Shown here piece after piece: positions 39,151-52,848 of a stretch of DNA of 64,000 bases; the stretch's first letter is position 1, and every line of letters begins with the position of its first letter. This stretch comes from Harriotta raleighana. Taxonomy: Eukaryota. The notes beneath the pieces were generated by a model. It saw only the letters and a list, made by a program, of their open reading frames with translations, was not told the origin of the DNA and searched no databases. The position numbers and the translations under genes are program-made. The stretch is from positions 6,189,478 to 6,253,477 of the forward strand of contig JBNZDD010013714.1 in the NCBI GenBank assembly GCA_050575255.1, in the 5' to 3' direction.

Positions 39151-40544
39151 GGAAAGACAGTTGAGGATCGAACAAGCCACCTAGGTTCCTGACTGGCTTG
39201 GGGTGGTGGAAAAAATGTGGCAATCAATTTGATTTATTTTAGGAAGTGGTTCACTGACCAAAGTTGGTATTTCATGTTTAAAAAAATTTTTACAAACTTT
39301 TTCCAGCAAGAAATATAAACCAAAAAATTCTAAGTCTTTAATCTCTAAAGTGTTCATTTCAAAAAGTTAAATGAAGACTTTTTAACATTGGTAACATGAA
39401 GATAAATCACTAATTGAGACGTGTGGTTCCATGTTATTATATTAGCCAACATATACATGGATTTTATTTAGATAGAAAAATGGAAATTCACTCTTTGGTC
39501 CTGCCATGCTTCACAAGATTCATAGCTTGAGCTAATTGTAATCATTTGAAACACTCAGATGGGAAGATAAATTGCAAACAACTAATTAAATTCTTTCAAT
39601 AGGGAAGAAAGTTGCTGCAAGCTATTTTCTACTAATTTCTTCATTTGTAGTACAATTAATTACAATACATCAAGTTGAATACAAACTGCTAGATACTTTT
39701 AAATGTGTTCATTATGGGTCCACAGACATTGTTAATGTATGGGGACATGCATGGGTAGCTGGCCTTCTGGGAGATCTCAGATAACGCTTGTATGGATACA
39801 AAATCTTTTTTAAGTTGGGATATTGGGTTTTGTGGTGCAGTGCATTCTTGTAAAATGTACAACTGATTTTCTAAATTGTGTGTTTGCTTATCAGGAGTAT
39901 ATACTTCATGCAAAATGCACCTTATTATGAAGACATTTCATTGAAAAATGCTGTTTTTGTATTTATAATAATAGGACAGTTATAGGGTGTTTTTAAAGAG
40001 CTCAGAGTATGGTATTTCCACTGGCTTAGGATCTTATACATAAATAGAGACTTGTATTGAGTTGGGTGCCACATGTATTTTGAAAACCTACAGACTTAAC
40101 CATTTCCCAGCAATGAATGGGTATGTATAATTTTTCTGTGGAAATGAGGAAACATTTTAGTGAATTTGAAAGCTGTTCCTTATTATTCACATTACATGGC
40201 GTGCAATAAAATAAACAAGGTACATATTCTGCCAATGGTATAGTGGATAAAGGTGCATTACAAGACCAGTGTTGCAGGTTCAAATGCTGAGTTGATCTGA
40301 ACATGCACTTTGACAAAGGGTTCCTAAAAATCCTTTATATGCTTATCTGCGTTTTTCTGCAAGTACTTTAGGGTTGTGATTTCATGTGTAACTACCAGGG
40401 TTGCCCAAGGCAAGGGCTGTTTTTCCTCTTTTTCACATAAATCAACAAACCAATGTAGCCACTTGTCTGATTTTCTTTTGGATTCTTTTGCACTCAGTAA
40501 TTCAAGCAAATGTCACTTCATAATGAATTGGGGTACGTTTGATC

Positions 40545-40795
40545 AAAGCTGATTGTGCAGTGCTGGGTGTTTGCGCTGTTGTTGGAGGTGCTGTCTGTCA
40601 GATGAGACATTAAACTAAAGTCCCATCTGCTTATTCTGGCACATGTTAAATATCCCATGACAATATTCAAAAAGAGAAGGTGGTTTCTCCTGGTGTCCTC
40701 ATCAATGAATCCCCAAATAAAAGTGATCATTCACATCATGGAACATTGCTGTGTGCAAATTGGTCAAAGCGATTGCCAACAAAATACAGTTGAAT
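40545..40795 (+). mobile_element. Old DeuSINE body
   Basis: TTGGAGGTGCTGTCTGTCAGATGAGACATTAAAC...TTAAATATCCCATGACAATATTC...TTGCTGTGTGCAAATTGG. Confidence 0.8.
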
Positions 40796-43700
40796 GTACA
40801 TAACTTGCAGTAAATCCATCTTTATGTTGTCCTCCCGAAGTCTCCAGAAACAGAAGAAACAATAGTTCTGGAGTTGAGGCTGGAGGCGTATTGGTAAAGT
40901 TGGGTGCGACTGGCAAACGTGGAATCTGACCTGTGGGCTGCAGCTATAGCCCTGGAGGTCTTTATATGTTGGGATGTTCCAACATTACATTTTGCAGTCT
41001 GCAGTTCTGTGTTTGTTCAATGCTCTGGCATTAGTACTAATTTACAGTATGATTAGTGAGTTTGTCAGTACTTTTTATATGTGGCATTAATCTAAGTCAA
41101 GCAAAGATAACTGGAAAGAAAAATAGTCCAAAACTGATATCAAATATCAACACTGGGCTGGTATTAATTAACTGGAATTCTAAAATACAAATTTATACAA
41201 AGAATCGTTTCTGAATTTTTATTACTGTGTCATATGATTAAGTTCACAGAATAAGGCACGCATTATCTGCTGAAGATCTATTTCCCAACGACTGTTATTG
41301 TTCTATTATGCCTATAATCCATGCATTCTGAATCGGAGGGTTATGGGTATGCATGTGACACATTTGTATAAATTGTGTCTGTGTTTACTGTTTGCAGATG
41401 ATTTTCATGTGAGTGTTTTATTGCACAGAATAAAATGGATGCATTGTAAGACTATATCAAAACGGATATTCATATTGTGCAAAATAGAAGAATTATAGGT
41501 GGCCTTCTAATTCAGTTTCCTGACACAAGCTGTCCAACAGCATAATGTTGAATAATCTCCATCAAATGCTATTTTGTGCCCATGTCTCCTTCCATTCCTA
41601 CATCTCCCGCCCCCACTCTCCATTGCTCCTAGATAAACAAAAAATATATTTATATACTCATATGTTGGAGGTGGGGAAGCAGGCTAGGACAGAGATGATA
41701 ATAGTGATAACCTATATTTGATTTGTTTTCCTTCACTTTGGGAGGGAATGTTTAACCGCTTCACAGAGGTTATAAAATCCGATGAGCAATTTATAGGTAA
41801 AAAGGACTTTCAGGTAAAAGGAAGTCTGAAGTTATAGATGAGTCTATCTACTTATCCACCACTAAACTGAGAAACCGGGAACCAACTTTAATGCAGTGAC
41901 AAGTGATTATAGACTTAGGAGCCACGCGTCAACTGATCCTGGATATTATGGGTTAGCTAATCACACAAGACTGGCCGCCCTTGGAATGTAACTGTAGCGT
42001 AACATTGCTGTGTATTGCAACTCTTCTTCCATCAGCCTAATCCTGATAATGCCAGAGTAAACCAGCACACCCCAAAATGGTAGTCTTGTATCAGTTTGGT
42101 TTCTTGACTGCCAAAGCCTGCATTTTGTCTCCTTTCCTTAAAATGTATTTGACCCTGTAAGTTTAAAATGGTCAGCTCATGTCCTTTCCCCTCTTTCCCT
42201 TTAGAAAATACAATTAGGACAAGAATAGGCTGGTGAATTGCTTTCTGAGTGTGATTTTCCATCCCTGCCCTGCCATATCTGTCTGAATAAGTCATATCAT
42301 TGCAGGCTCCCCAGTAATGGAAAATGCAACAATATACAACGGTACTGGGTATTGCTGGCATGGTATAGAGTATAATATTAGATTAATTGAAGCATTGTAT
42401 TAAAGAGAGAGAGGCTCACCATCTGCACCCCTTTTACGAATCAACCGATTACAGATATATCAATAGATGCAGTCATTAACCCAGTGAGCTTCAGTGATCA
42501 CGTCATTTCAACTAATTATGTTAATTCAGCTTTCTGACAGTGTCAGGCTCAGTGACTTTTGTGAGCCAGTTCCCCTGTATCACTGGTAATGAGTATTGGC
42601 AGTGATCTCATCCATACACAAATATTGGGCGGAACAGGCAAATTAAAAAAAAGAGCTTTTAACTCTTTGTATCAATTTTTTTGTGAATAAACTATAGGGG
42701 CTTCCATTGAAAGGATTGCGTTAAGACACAGAGCTGACCGCTGTGGTGGTTTGGGACGAGTTTGTTTTCTGAATGGTCTAACAAGAATTTTAACATTCTT
42801 GTTCACGCATTCAAAACAAGAATGTTTGAGCTCCCAGTTTGTGACATATAAGTGCATGACTGTGTGGTGGTTGATTCTCTTTAGCTGGATAAGAAATTAA
42901 TCCTGATTAACTTAGACAGGAGGGAATTTCCGTATTAACAGTGGCACAAAACAATTATGTTCTTTCATCCCCCTCAGAACAAAAATATCCTTATACAAAG
43001 TCCTCAAATTTCTCCTCCCCCCCACTCCCTGGTAGGTTTCAATCCCATGCAGCTTTGGTTTGTAGTTTTTTTCCTGCACGACATTTGCTGCTAACGAAAA
43101 AACCTGTTTTATTAATGGAAATTATTCTAAAATTGCTTGGGGACAAATTTATAAATGATTTACAAAGACTTATTGCATTTTAACAAATAAACACTTCACT
43201 GTACACCTTGTCTAACTCTAGGTCATTTGGCTTATCCTAGCAGTTTGCCTTTTCCCCAATGACTGGTTATAATTTGGAGGGGAAGCTATTTTACCGGACC
43301 TTTTCTTTGCCCAATAAATTCTATTTTATTATTGTGGTGTGCCTGTTTGGCTCTATATATAGCACATTGTGGACAATCTCACCACCTTGCCTGAGAGGGG
43401 GAAACACTACAAAGCTCAGTCTTGGAGGCTAACACGAAGTGAAATTCCACCTAGTCTGGGCCTGTAAGACCATTTTGTCTAACATTTCAAAGCCATAGGA
43501 AAATACTTAATACCAGTCTTCCTTTGGGAGCTGATTGTTTCGAAGATCTGTGGAAAACCGACTTCCACATTTTAAAATGTTTCCACAGTTCTGCACAATC
43601 TTAAATTTCAAAGGCAAAAGTCTAAGACTTAGTTGAGTCTGTGGAACTTTAGGAACTACCAACACCTGAGGTCTTTATTTTAAAGGCAAGGACGTATAAT

Positions 43701-44569
43701 AAATTCTCCCATACAATCGAAGGGAATACTAGCTACTCATGCTGTTCAACAGTATTGGTTCTTATGACACTTTCAACCTGGAATGTGCAGGCAGCCTGTC
43801 TCTTTACAGCCGCTGTCACTCAGTGGCCTATTGATTTTCAGGTTGGGCATGAGCAGAGAGTAGTAAAGAACTAACATTCACAAGCAGGGAAGCCAGTCGG
43901 GGAAATCATTCTAAAAATCTGTTTTGTTCAAAACTGGTTTTAGCATGTTGCAATTTTTTTAAATTTCCATCCTGAAACAGGCTTTTTAAAAGACAAAGCA
44001 TCATTAATAAGCCATTTACTCAATATATATGAATTTGGGTGAATTGCACACAGGTGAAATGATAATAGACCCAGAAAGCCTTCGGATTTTCATTCAAAAT
44101 TTTTCCTATTGCTCCTATTTTTCCTATTGTTTGTGAAGATGCTGTTTCTGGCTAGATTCTCTGGTGCCAAGCTACCCTCTGATATTATCACTCCCAAATT
44201 AGTCATTGTTTATGTGTGAGCGTAGATTCAATGCTGGCAGATACAAGGGGCATCATGATTATCTCTGTCTGACATCCATTTGTTGACCGCTATGGACACT
44301 TTTCTACAGCAGTCACTAGAAAGCAATCAAACATTAACACAGGCTCTTATTTATAATTTGGAATCAACAATTCCAATGGTATTGTATTAAATCCCAAGCC
44401 CCGGACAGCGAAGGGCTCATCTTTTGCACAATAAATATTTTGCACAGGTAATCTTTCACCTTGAGGTCAATAGTAACATCAGTGGATGATCAATTTCTCT
44501 GTTGGTTCAGCTCACTAGAAAAAATATTACTAAATATTTGTGTCCTAAACATAGCAAAACATTAGATCT

Positions 44570-44950
44570 TAGCATGGAGCTGAAGCTTCTTCTGAAAGTT
44601 TTGTTATGTGAGAAAATGTCATTATCCTTTGAAGTTTTATGACACAAATCCTTGCAATACAAATTCTTGGAAGATGTCTTCTCCATCGGTGATGGCCACA
44701 GTTTCTACTGTTGCTGCATAAAGTATTAGAAGCGAGATGGAATCTGCTTGTCACTAACACTGACAAGACAAAAGAAGCAGTGCAGAGGATAGAAGGTAAT
44801 CACAAAATAAGGAGATTGCCGTGGCTAGGATATGTAATACTGAAATGAACACCAGAGGTTACCAGACACTGAGATAGATACTGTACCAGTAAAAGGAATG
44901 AGAATACTCAGAAAACAGGGTCTGGCAGGATAATATAATTGAAAAGGACT
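44570..44950 (+). mobile_element. Ancient RTE-clade LINE fragment (region downstream of RT)
   Basis: The + strand reads HGAEA, then LLHKVLEARWNLLVTNT...KIRRLPWLGYVIL*, matching the RTE pattern YG.E.W...LRRIL...W...VTN...RRLRWLGHV. Confidence 0.7.
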
Positions 44951-46409
44951 AGTAAGAAAATAAATGAATCACAAAAACTTCACCTAATACCTCAATTATC
45001 CTTACTTCTAGTGCATCTTAAGTAGATGTCCAGTGTTCTTTATTTCTATATCCTTAAATGCAAGGATGATCTACCTTGGTATCATTAGAAGATTTTCAAT
45101 TTTAATGGCAGATGTATTATTAACCCAGAATCCATTTTGCAATCACAAGTTCAGAAGTGACACTGGGTGATTATGTTACATGTTTGGAGGTAATTTCAGT
45201 TGAATTCAGATCTTGGAGGTACTGTATAATTGAGATGCAAATGTCCGCCAGTGATGGCTGATGAGTTAAGTATTATGATCAGAATAGTTTTGCAAAAAGA
45301 TTCATTCAGTTGAGGGTATCCTTTTATCATGTTAGTCCAGGGAACGTTGATTTTGCTCATCTGGCTGCGAAGAACATTGACTCACAACTAGCTGGACTCT
45401 CTCCCCCTATCATCACCCAACTGCTGATAATAACTCTCACAAGCGAAGCCAAACCCTGTGTCATTTCCTCACCGTCCCGTCAATCCCCCAACCACTGAAA
45501 ATGTCTTTCGCCAACTCACTAAGCTAATGGGAACTGATCTCTAAATCAGGACATTCCCAGATATTCAGGGGCGGGAGCTGGACGAGAGGCCTGTTATGCC
45601 TGTTGGTGCACATCATTCATTTGTGGTAAGAGCGCCACCCACTGTAGAGTAGTAAAATACCCAAAGTCTTCTGAATCTTGTTGCAAGTCAATGCAACAGT
45701 GGAAAGGAGCCGACAAAGTTTTAAAAACATGGATTGATTCATTTTCCTTCATCACATCCCACATTGTCCTGGAGGATTAAATGAAAATTGCCAACACTAG
45801 TTAATTATTAGTCTATTAAGCACTTGTCTCGACTTCACCGTGTGATCATTACTTTAAACACAGAAAACAGTCTCTATGGGGGTTGCCATGATACACAGGA
45901 AATTACACACTAACTAATGTCATGTCCTGGACCGCTATTAATAAATATAGAGTTACTCTTGTTTTTTAATTGTTCTTTTCAAAGCAGTTCCCAGACTTTT
46001 TTTTCTCTGGTTCGTTTGGAAGAGAAAAGAAAATGGGATCTTAGAAACAAAGCCAGCAATGGCATCAACAATCAAATTACTTTCAATGAAGCCCATCTGC
46101 TATAATAAATAATAAATACAGCAACACAATATCTAACAGTTACAGGGGATGAAATTCACCTTCGAGAGTGGCTTGAAATTATTTTGTTGAAGAGCTCAAA
46201 GTCTAGTAGTGTACTTGTCGAATGTGGCAGTGAAAATAATTTGAAACTTCAATAGTTGAAAGGCCTCCGGGAAAAACAAAGAGTTGCCAGCCGTACATTA
46301 GACCTCTCTGTGCACAAATCTGAATATAGCTGCTGTGGTTTCAGGTGATGCATACTAACTAATGTTTTCCTGAAGACTAGCAAATATTAAAGCTGGAACA
46401 AAGAGTTCT

Positions 46410-46735
46410 GCATTGAGGGGAGGCCTAATAGAGGTGCTGAAGAATTTTATGAGGGTTTTTGATGAGGTTAATGGGGAGAAACTACTGCTCCTCATCAGTG
46501 AGTTGGAACTCAGCATAAGCCTAGAGCTGATGAAGACATGAATGAGGTTTTCAGTAGTAGATGGTAGTGATCAAAACCATTGGTTGAAGCAGCATCTCTA
46601 ATAGCATTCAAAGGGGAATTTGACCAAAGGTTTAAAAAGAACAATATATGAGAGAAAATGGTTAGGGAAGTGGGACTAAATAGGGCATTTTCACAAGGCC
46701 ATCACAAGCACATTGATTTGAATGGCCTCTTGCTG
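46410..46735 (+). mobile_element. Degenerate CR1 3' end
   Basis: TTGAGGGGAGGCCTAATAGAGGTG (LRG.LIEV), GCATTCAAAGGGGAATTTGAC, 3' UTR GAATGGCCTCTTGCTGT. Confidence 0.75.
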
Positions 46736-48074
46736 TCAGTAAAATAATTTTAAGGTTGGGCTCGCTGTCAATTACACCAAGGAAAAGGTTCATGCTATGC
46801 GGCACACTGTCTTATTGGGTTAGAACATAATTAAACAACGGGTCATTTAACACATTGCAGTTAGGATAAGTGATCTTATCAGAGAGATTCGTAACATTCT
46901 TATACCTCCTACTGTATACTGTTCAATATGTCATGCTGAAACATGATTAATCCTCTAGAAAAGCCTCTGATCTTCTTCATAATTAATTCTTCTGGACATT
47001 ATCACACACTAACATATGGTTCCGTGACCCAGACTGGTGATTTTATATTTTAAAACTGAAAGGGATGAGATAGTATGTAAAGTAGGCAGAGTATAACTGT
47101 TTTATTTGATGTGAAATGTACAAGCAAAATATTATTGCACTCTGCTGGAATTGTCCAAATATCTGTTTTTTATTGAATAATTGTCATAAATACCATAACT
47201 TATAAACTAATCAATGAGTGTTTTATTTTCTCAAGCTTTCAGGACTATATCAAGTAAGAACATTAAGCCTCTCAGATTGTCTGATCATACAGTATAGTTC
47301 AGTAGTGAATATAAAAAATTATAAAGTGATTTGCTTTGTCCTGTCTTTGTAACACAATAAATATTTACTCTGTGGTAATCTCTATAACATTTTATATATC
47401 CTTGTTTTGGCCTTTGGATTTTGGCAATAATTTTTGCCCACAAGTTTTTCTTCCATTTTTATTTCATTCAGCAAATTTTATGCAGAAATGTTCATCTTTC
47501 AGTTGACTCCTATTGATTTAACATGATTTATAATCTATGCCTGTTTATGATTAATTCAAATGTACTGACGGTATAGGAAAATACAGACATTAATTTTATC
47601 CCAATCACCAATGCTTCAGTGAGACTCAATGGATGGCATTTGGCACATTTCTAAAGTGATTCTATTCACAAGCTAGCGTTATAAATATTGAAATTATATT
47701 ACACCATGAAATTTGATCAATTACACATTAATGGAACGCATGACTCATCCCATTAACTGAACCAAATGCAGTACAAATTAAGGTTAGATAATGCAACAAC
47801 ATACATAAATGGCAATAAGAGACTCTCAGATGCGCATTAACATACAGGTTTGTGGATTTGTTTGGTTTCGCTGCATTGCTGGAGCGGTGACGCAGATGGC
47901 TAGTCACTGTGAAAAATAAGTTTGTACGATTTCACGTTAAAAAGGCAGAGCTCCGAGATGCTTTGGCTTTTGGCTTTTTCAGGGTTGCTGTGTCCACCGA
48001 GAGATGTGGTTTTTTTTGGACATGCTATGGAAACATGACAACCCGAACACATTTTAAAAAGGGACTAGTTTTTA

Positions 48075-48118
48075 AATGGTATTTCTATTAGAATTCAATG
48101 GTATTTCTATTAGAATTC
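48075..48118. repeat. Perfect 22-bp tandem duplication
   Basis: AATGGTATTTCTATTAGAATTC x2. Confidence 0.95.
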
Positions 48119-50778
48119 CTGTCAAGTCATGGGAACTCTGTTCCTGCTGGTCGGCATGACCTATTTCCAGTTAGTTACTGGAAGGATTCCCCATTTGTGT
48201 GACTTGATTCCTTATTGAGCAATTCTGCTGAATTGTGTTGGCCTGGTGAAGAATGGTGTTTCACATAGTGGAGAATCTTTTCCATGAACTATGATTCAAT
48301 GGCCATCTTACTTTTATTTGTTTTAATATAACACAAGCATTATTTTTGTACAGCGGGAAGACCTTGGGCAGTTTCAGTTTTATCAAGATTTACTGCTGCA
48401 ATCCTAATCTCTTTCTCTCTCTCTCTGCCCTCCACCCATTGTGTACAAACAAACATTTCATCCACAACACGTTTCTGTTGAACATTAGCCAGAGCTGACC
48501 TGTAGACCGTTGTCTGGCCATGTGGAAAAAGAATACAAAGATGTACTGTAGTTGTTAAAACAAGAGAGTTTAAAAAATAAACCAGGCAGCAGCAAAGTCT
48601 CTGCCGCACAATGATTTTGTGCAGCTAAGTCGGACTGTGATTGAAATTGTTTCTCACATTTCTGAACACAGTCTGCTGCTAAAGATGCAGAATATATGTC
48701 ATTCTGCAAAGTGCCCATCATTGCAATTGTTGTGCTGACTGTACAGAGTTCCTGTTTGGCCCACAGAATAAGTGTTAATTGAAGGGTTTCCATTCAGGCA
48801 GCTCAATTGCCTTGAGCTCCCAGTAGCACACAACCCCTAACTGCTCAGCACCGCTAAGCAAGTCTGAGAGGAATAATGCTTTCACATATGCTATTAAAAG
48901 CTCATTAACATGCACCTTCCTCCTTATTATGGCCTGAACTATTGTACATTTTTACAACAGTGCATTAAGGCTGATCACATGCAGTGGCTTTAATTGTCAG
49001 GGGCAATAGCTACGTGAAGTATCATAGCAATGTTGTTAACCTCCTGAGGTCTGCATCAACATGCTGCATCCAGCGGTAGTTTTTTTTCTGATCTGCATGG
49101 AAAGAGATGGCTCATCTCCTTTCTTTCATCCACATTTGTATTGCAAGAGTCAATAGAGATCGTTTTTCCATTTAATCGGTGTATTTATGTTGCTGAAAGT
49201 ATGTGCTGCATTTGCACACAGCAGTGACTGCCAGAGCTCGAGAGTCTGTCTGGAGTTTGTTGATGAAAACCTCAAAAGAGGATCAATAATGGACCATTTT
49301 AATAGCCTCTGAATACGCAGATCATATTTTTACAGGATAATTTGAAATAATCCTGCTTGAAACAGGCCTTCATTATAAAAATCCACTTAACATCTGATCA
49401 TCTTCAACTTCTGAATCCTAATAACTGTTTAAATCCAGATTAATTTGGGGCTACGGCAATATTTCTTCAGGATTTATGAAAGAAGATCATGCTCAAATCT
49501 ATATTCTATCAGCACTGAGGGATTATAATAATCGGGTAATGCAACAGAATGTTTTAATGGTTATGCTGCTGGCAATATTCTGTTACAAATGGACAGCAGC
49601 GGAATATCAGATACAAATGATGCCTCTGACAAGTTAAATAAGTTATACTCGGAATAGCAAATAATTTATGTACTTAATTAAACTGAATGGATAATGGGCC
49701 TGTGGGGTCCTTAGTCAAATCTCGCTCTCTTTGCCTTTAATAAAACCTAGGCTTTACTCACGGCTTGTAGGAATATCATACTATAGTAAAATATTTCCAA
49801 CATGAACAAATGTGTCCATTGAAAAAACATGCACTTTTTCAATTTGTGATTGTCTAGTGACTATTGCTTATGCTACTTCCTGATGATACATTATTGCTCT
49901 TAATAATTTAATAGGCCTTCGGCTTTCTCCAAGACCTTATACAGTACTTCACCGGAGTATAAAGCTAAACAGTAGCCTGATGCTTTTGCACAAGCATGTA
50001 CATAAATGCTAATACCTTCTGAGCATTAGGTACACTGCACTGATCAATATGTGGACCTTTCTGAATGCTCTTAAATTAATTTAACCCTGTAAAAGCCTCA
50101 GCTGCATCCATTGTGTTAATCATATGAAATTCCTGCTTGTTGAAAGCTCAACATTAACTTCCACCATAACCACAGTCATTTCCTGGTCCAGCTACTATTC
50201 ATTTTGAAGATTAATGTGGAGTCAGCTGCAACTATGAAATTTTAAATTATAAACAGGATGTCAAACTGTTAAGTTGTAGCTCACCTTTCAACAGAAGGAA
50301 AACAAAACTCTGCATCTCATTCATTCTATAACCACACTCTAGGTTTACATTAACCGAGCCCAACAGGAATAAAATCAAAATGCAGTCAAGAACGAATGAC
50401 ATCGGTTTGGATAACTTCAGTACAAATTTGTAGGTTGAAAAGGAACAAAGACTTTTCTTAAAAAAAACTATTTTTGCAGACGTTCCATTTGCCATTAGGA
50501 TTCCGCTTTGCCACAGAGTACATAACAGTGTCATTTTACTCTGTCTGCTAACACAGCCCGGATAGATCGCGCAGTCTCCCCTCTGTGTTCCCTCAGGAGT
50601 ATTTGGAACTGAAAGCAGCTGGTGTGGTACAAGCAGCCTGGCCCTGAGTGCCTCTTACTTATCATGGGTGTGTAAATGTTTTCACCTCCAGTGATCAGTG
50701 TGCTCCACAAAGCAAAATCTCTGATGGTTAATTGGTTAATTTGAAAGTGGAAGCCTTTTCTGGTGCACGGACATGCTA

Positions 50779-50948
50779 TTAATAATAATAATATTACTAC
50801 TAATAGTGGCTATGCTTGAATTTAATATAGGGCCTTATCGTGTCCTCGAGCATCTCAAAATGGATCACAGGATATGCTGTGATTGTCCGTGTATTTTGTG
50901 GCAAACATGACAGTCAATTTTCACGCAGCAACGTCCCTCAAACAGCCA
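50779..50948 (-). mobile_element. Old DeuSINE 3' part
   Basis: (AAT)n, CATCTCAAAATGGATCACAGG, CACGCAGCAACGTCCCTCAAACAGC. Confidence 0.65.
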
Positions 50949-52786
50949 TAGAGTGCCATTAGCTACCCACAAATCATTTAGTGATATAATAAGGGGGATC
51001 CTTTTTAAATAACGACAATCATTGAAAAGCATACCCTACAATAAGGCATTTTATCAGCAATATTGTTGTAAACTAACAGAGCACGCATGTTCGTTCATAC
51101 TCTTACACTCGATCACACATGATTGGGGTAAACATTTGGGGGAACTGTTTCCTTGAGTTTCACAGCCATTTCTGATTCTTTAATAAATTGTAAAACATAA
51201 TGAGATGTGATGTGAGCAATATATACAGTGACCACCAGCAACATTTTACTTGGTGGTCCACTGAAGGAGTATGTAATTAAAGATGATGGCCTGTGAGGTT
51301 AATCAGAGATGCAACCGCTTGGAAAGAACTGTGATGCCTCATACTTTCAATCACTTGCAAACAAAACACATAGTCACTGCACTTTACAGTAAATCCTGTG
51401 AAGCACCATTTTCTGATTGTCAGGACCTGGATTTGAATGTGCATCTGTGGGGCTCTTGTGCTATATTGCAAATGCTAAACAGACCAATACCCGCCTATTC
51501 TCCGCCTAAGATGTCATCTTTAACAATTTCAGTGTATAATTATGAATTGCACTCATAGGGTGAGGGTTGATTGACAGTGAATGGGACTCATACTGTCAAC
51601 TCTGCAGCCAGAAATTGGACTCCCGCTGTTACCAATCTACCAGTGAATGTGTTTTAATTTGTACGTGCCAGGGAATGAAACTATCATTTGATGTTATGTG
51701 GGCATCCCTCCAATCTCATATCTTGTGTCTTAACTCACATTATCAACTGATCACAACTGAGCACTAAATGATGAAACTCATCTGGGTTCCTTGAGCACAA
51801 GGACATTGAACACGTACTAGGACATTACAATCTCCTGATCCCCCAAGGTGTCACTAGTCACATGCATTCCTCTTGATATCCACCTTCATGGTTCCAACTG
51901 CAGATGCTGACCATGAAAAGACCTACTCCAGGACAATGCCTAACTGCAACATGAATGCCTCCACTCCACTTCCCCATATGTGCGCAAGCTCCGAGTATTC
52001 TGATGAGACACACAGTAAACACATGCGCACAGTCTATTAGATTCCGATATAAGGGTGTGCCATTTTATTTGTGAATCAAAACCAATTCAGATACTTTAAA
52101 ATTAATCAAAGGCTAATTTTAAGAGTGGTTGGAATTTGGATTTCTTTCTTAGCAGCTATCTATGCAATGAAAGAAAATGATGACAATGGTCCTATTTATA
52201 TGAAATTAATAATGTCAGTTACTTTGTTGAATTCATTAAATCCACCCTAGGACAAGGTGTTATACCAGTTCACTTAATTGGAGTTGATCTCCCATTGACT
52301 GCTTTTGAGGACATTTGCTGACAAATCTTGATAAACCTTGAAATGTCAACTAACTTTGGAATCTCTCAACATCTGGAATCTCTAGTCTACACCTGGAGGC
52401 AGAAAAATTAATGGCTGGTGTCTGTCTAAACCTGCTGCTCAGTCCAACAACCTGAGCCTATGATTGCCACCAAGCGAACTGATGCTTTGTGTTGAGAAAG
52501 CTGAAACAATGGGCAAAGAATTCACCTTCTGATTTTGTTAAGAAAATGTGACAAATTTCCAGATCTTTATGGCTAAATAGTAAACAAATTACACATTGTC
52601 ACAGCACTGCACACTCCAGCAAACCTGTCAATAAACTAGTGGGCAGCAAATTGGTAACACCAGAACTTCACATAAACAGGGTCAATAGCCCTCTGAACAC
52701 CAAAATTCTTCCCGGAGATCTGATCTATGTTCATTTATCTTTTAAAAGCTTTTAAAAGGGAACTACAGTAGATCTTTATTTAGGAA

Positions 52787-52848
52787 GAGCAGGTCAGACT
52801 AGATGGGCCGAATGCCCTCCTTTTGTGCTGTATAATTTTATGATTCTA
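52787..52848 (+). mobile_element. CR1 3' terminal fragment
   Basis: GACTAGATGGGCCGAATGCCCTCCTTTTGTGCTGTATAATTTTATGATTCTAT (CR1-type terminus ending in ATTCTAT). Confidence 0.8.

Noticed and set aside
41252-41261. miR-124 (TAAGGCACGC)
   Set aside because: The match stops after 10 nt and there is no hairpin.
52739-52758. 20-bp perfect palindrome CTTTTAAAAGCTTTTAAAAG
   Set aside because: Low-complexity tandem duplication of a 10-bp palindrome with no supporting context.
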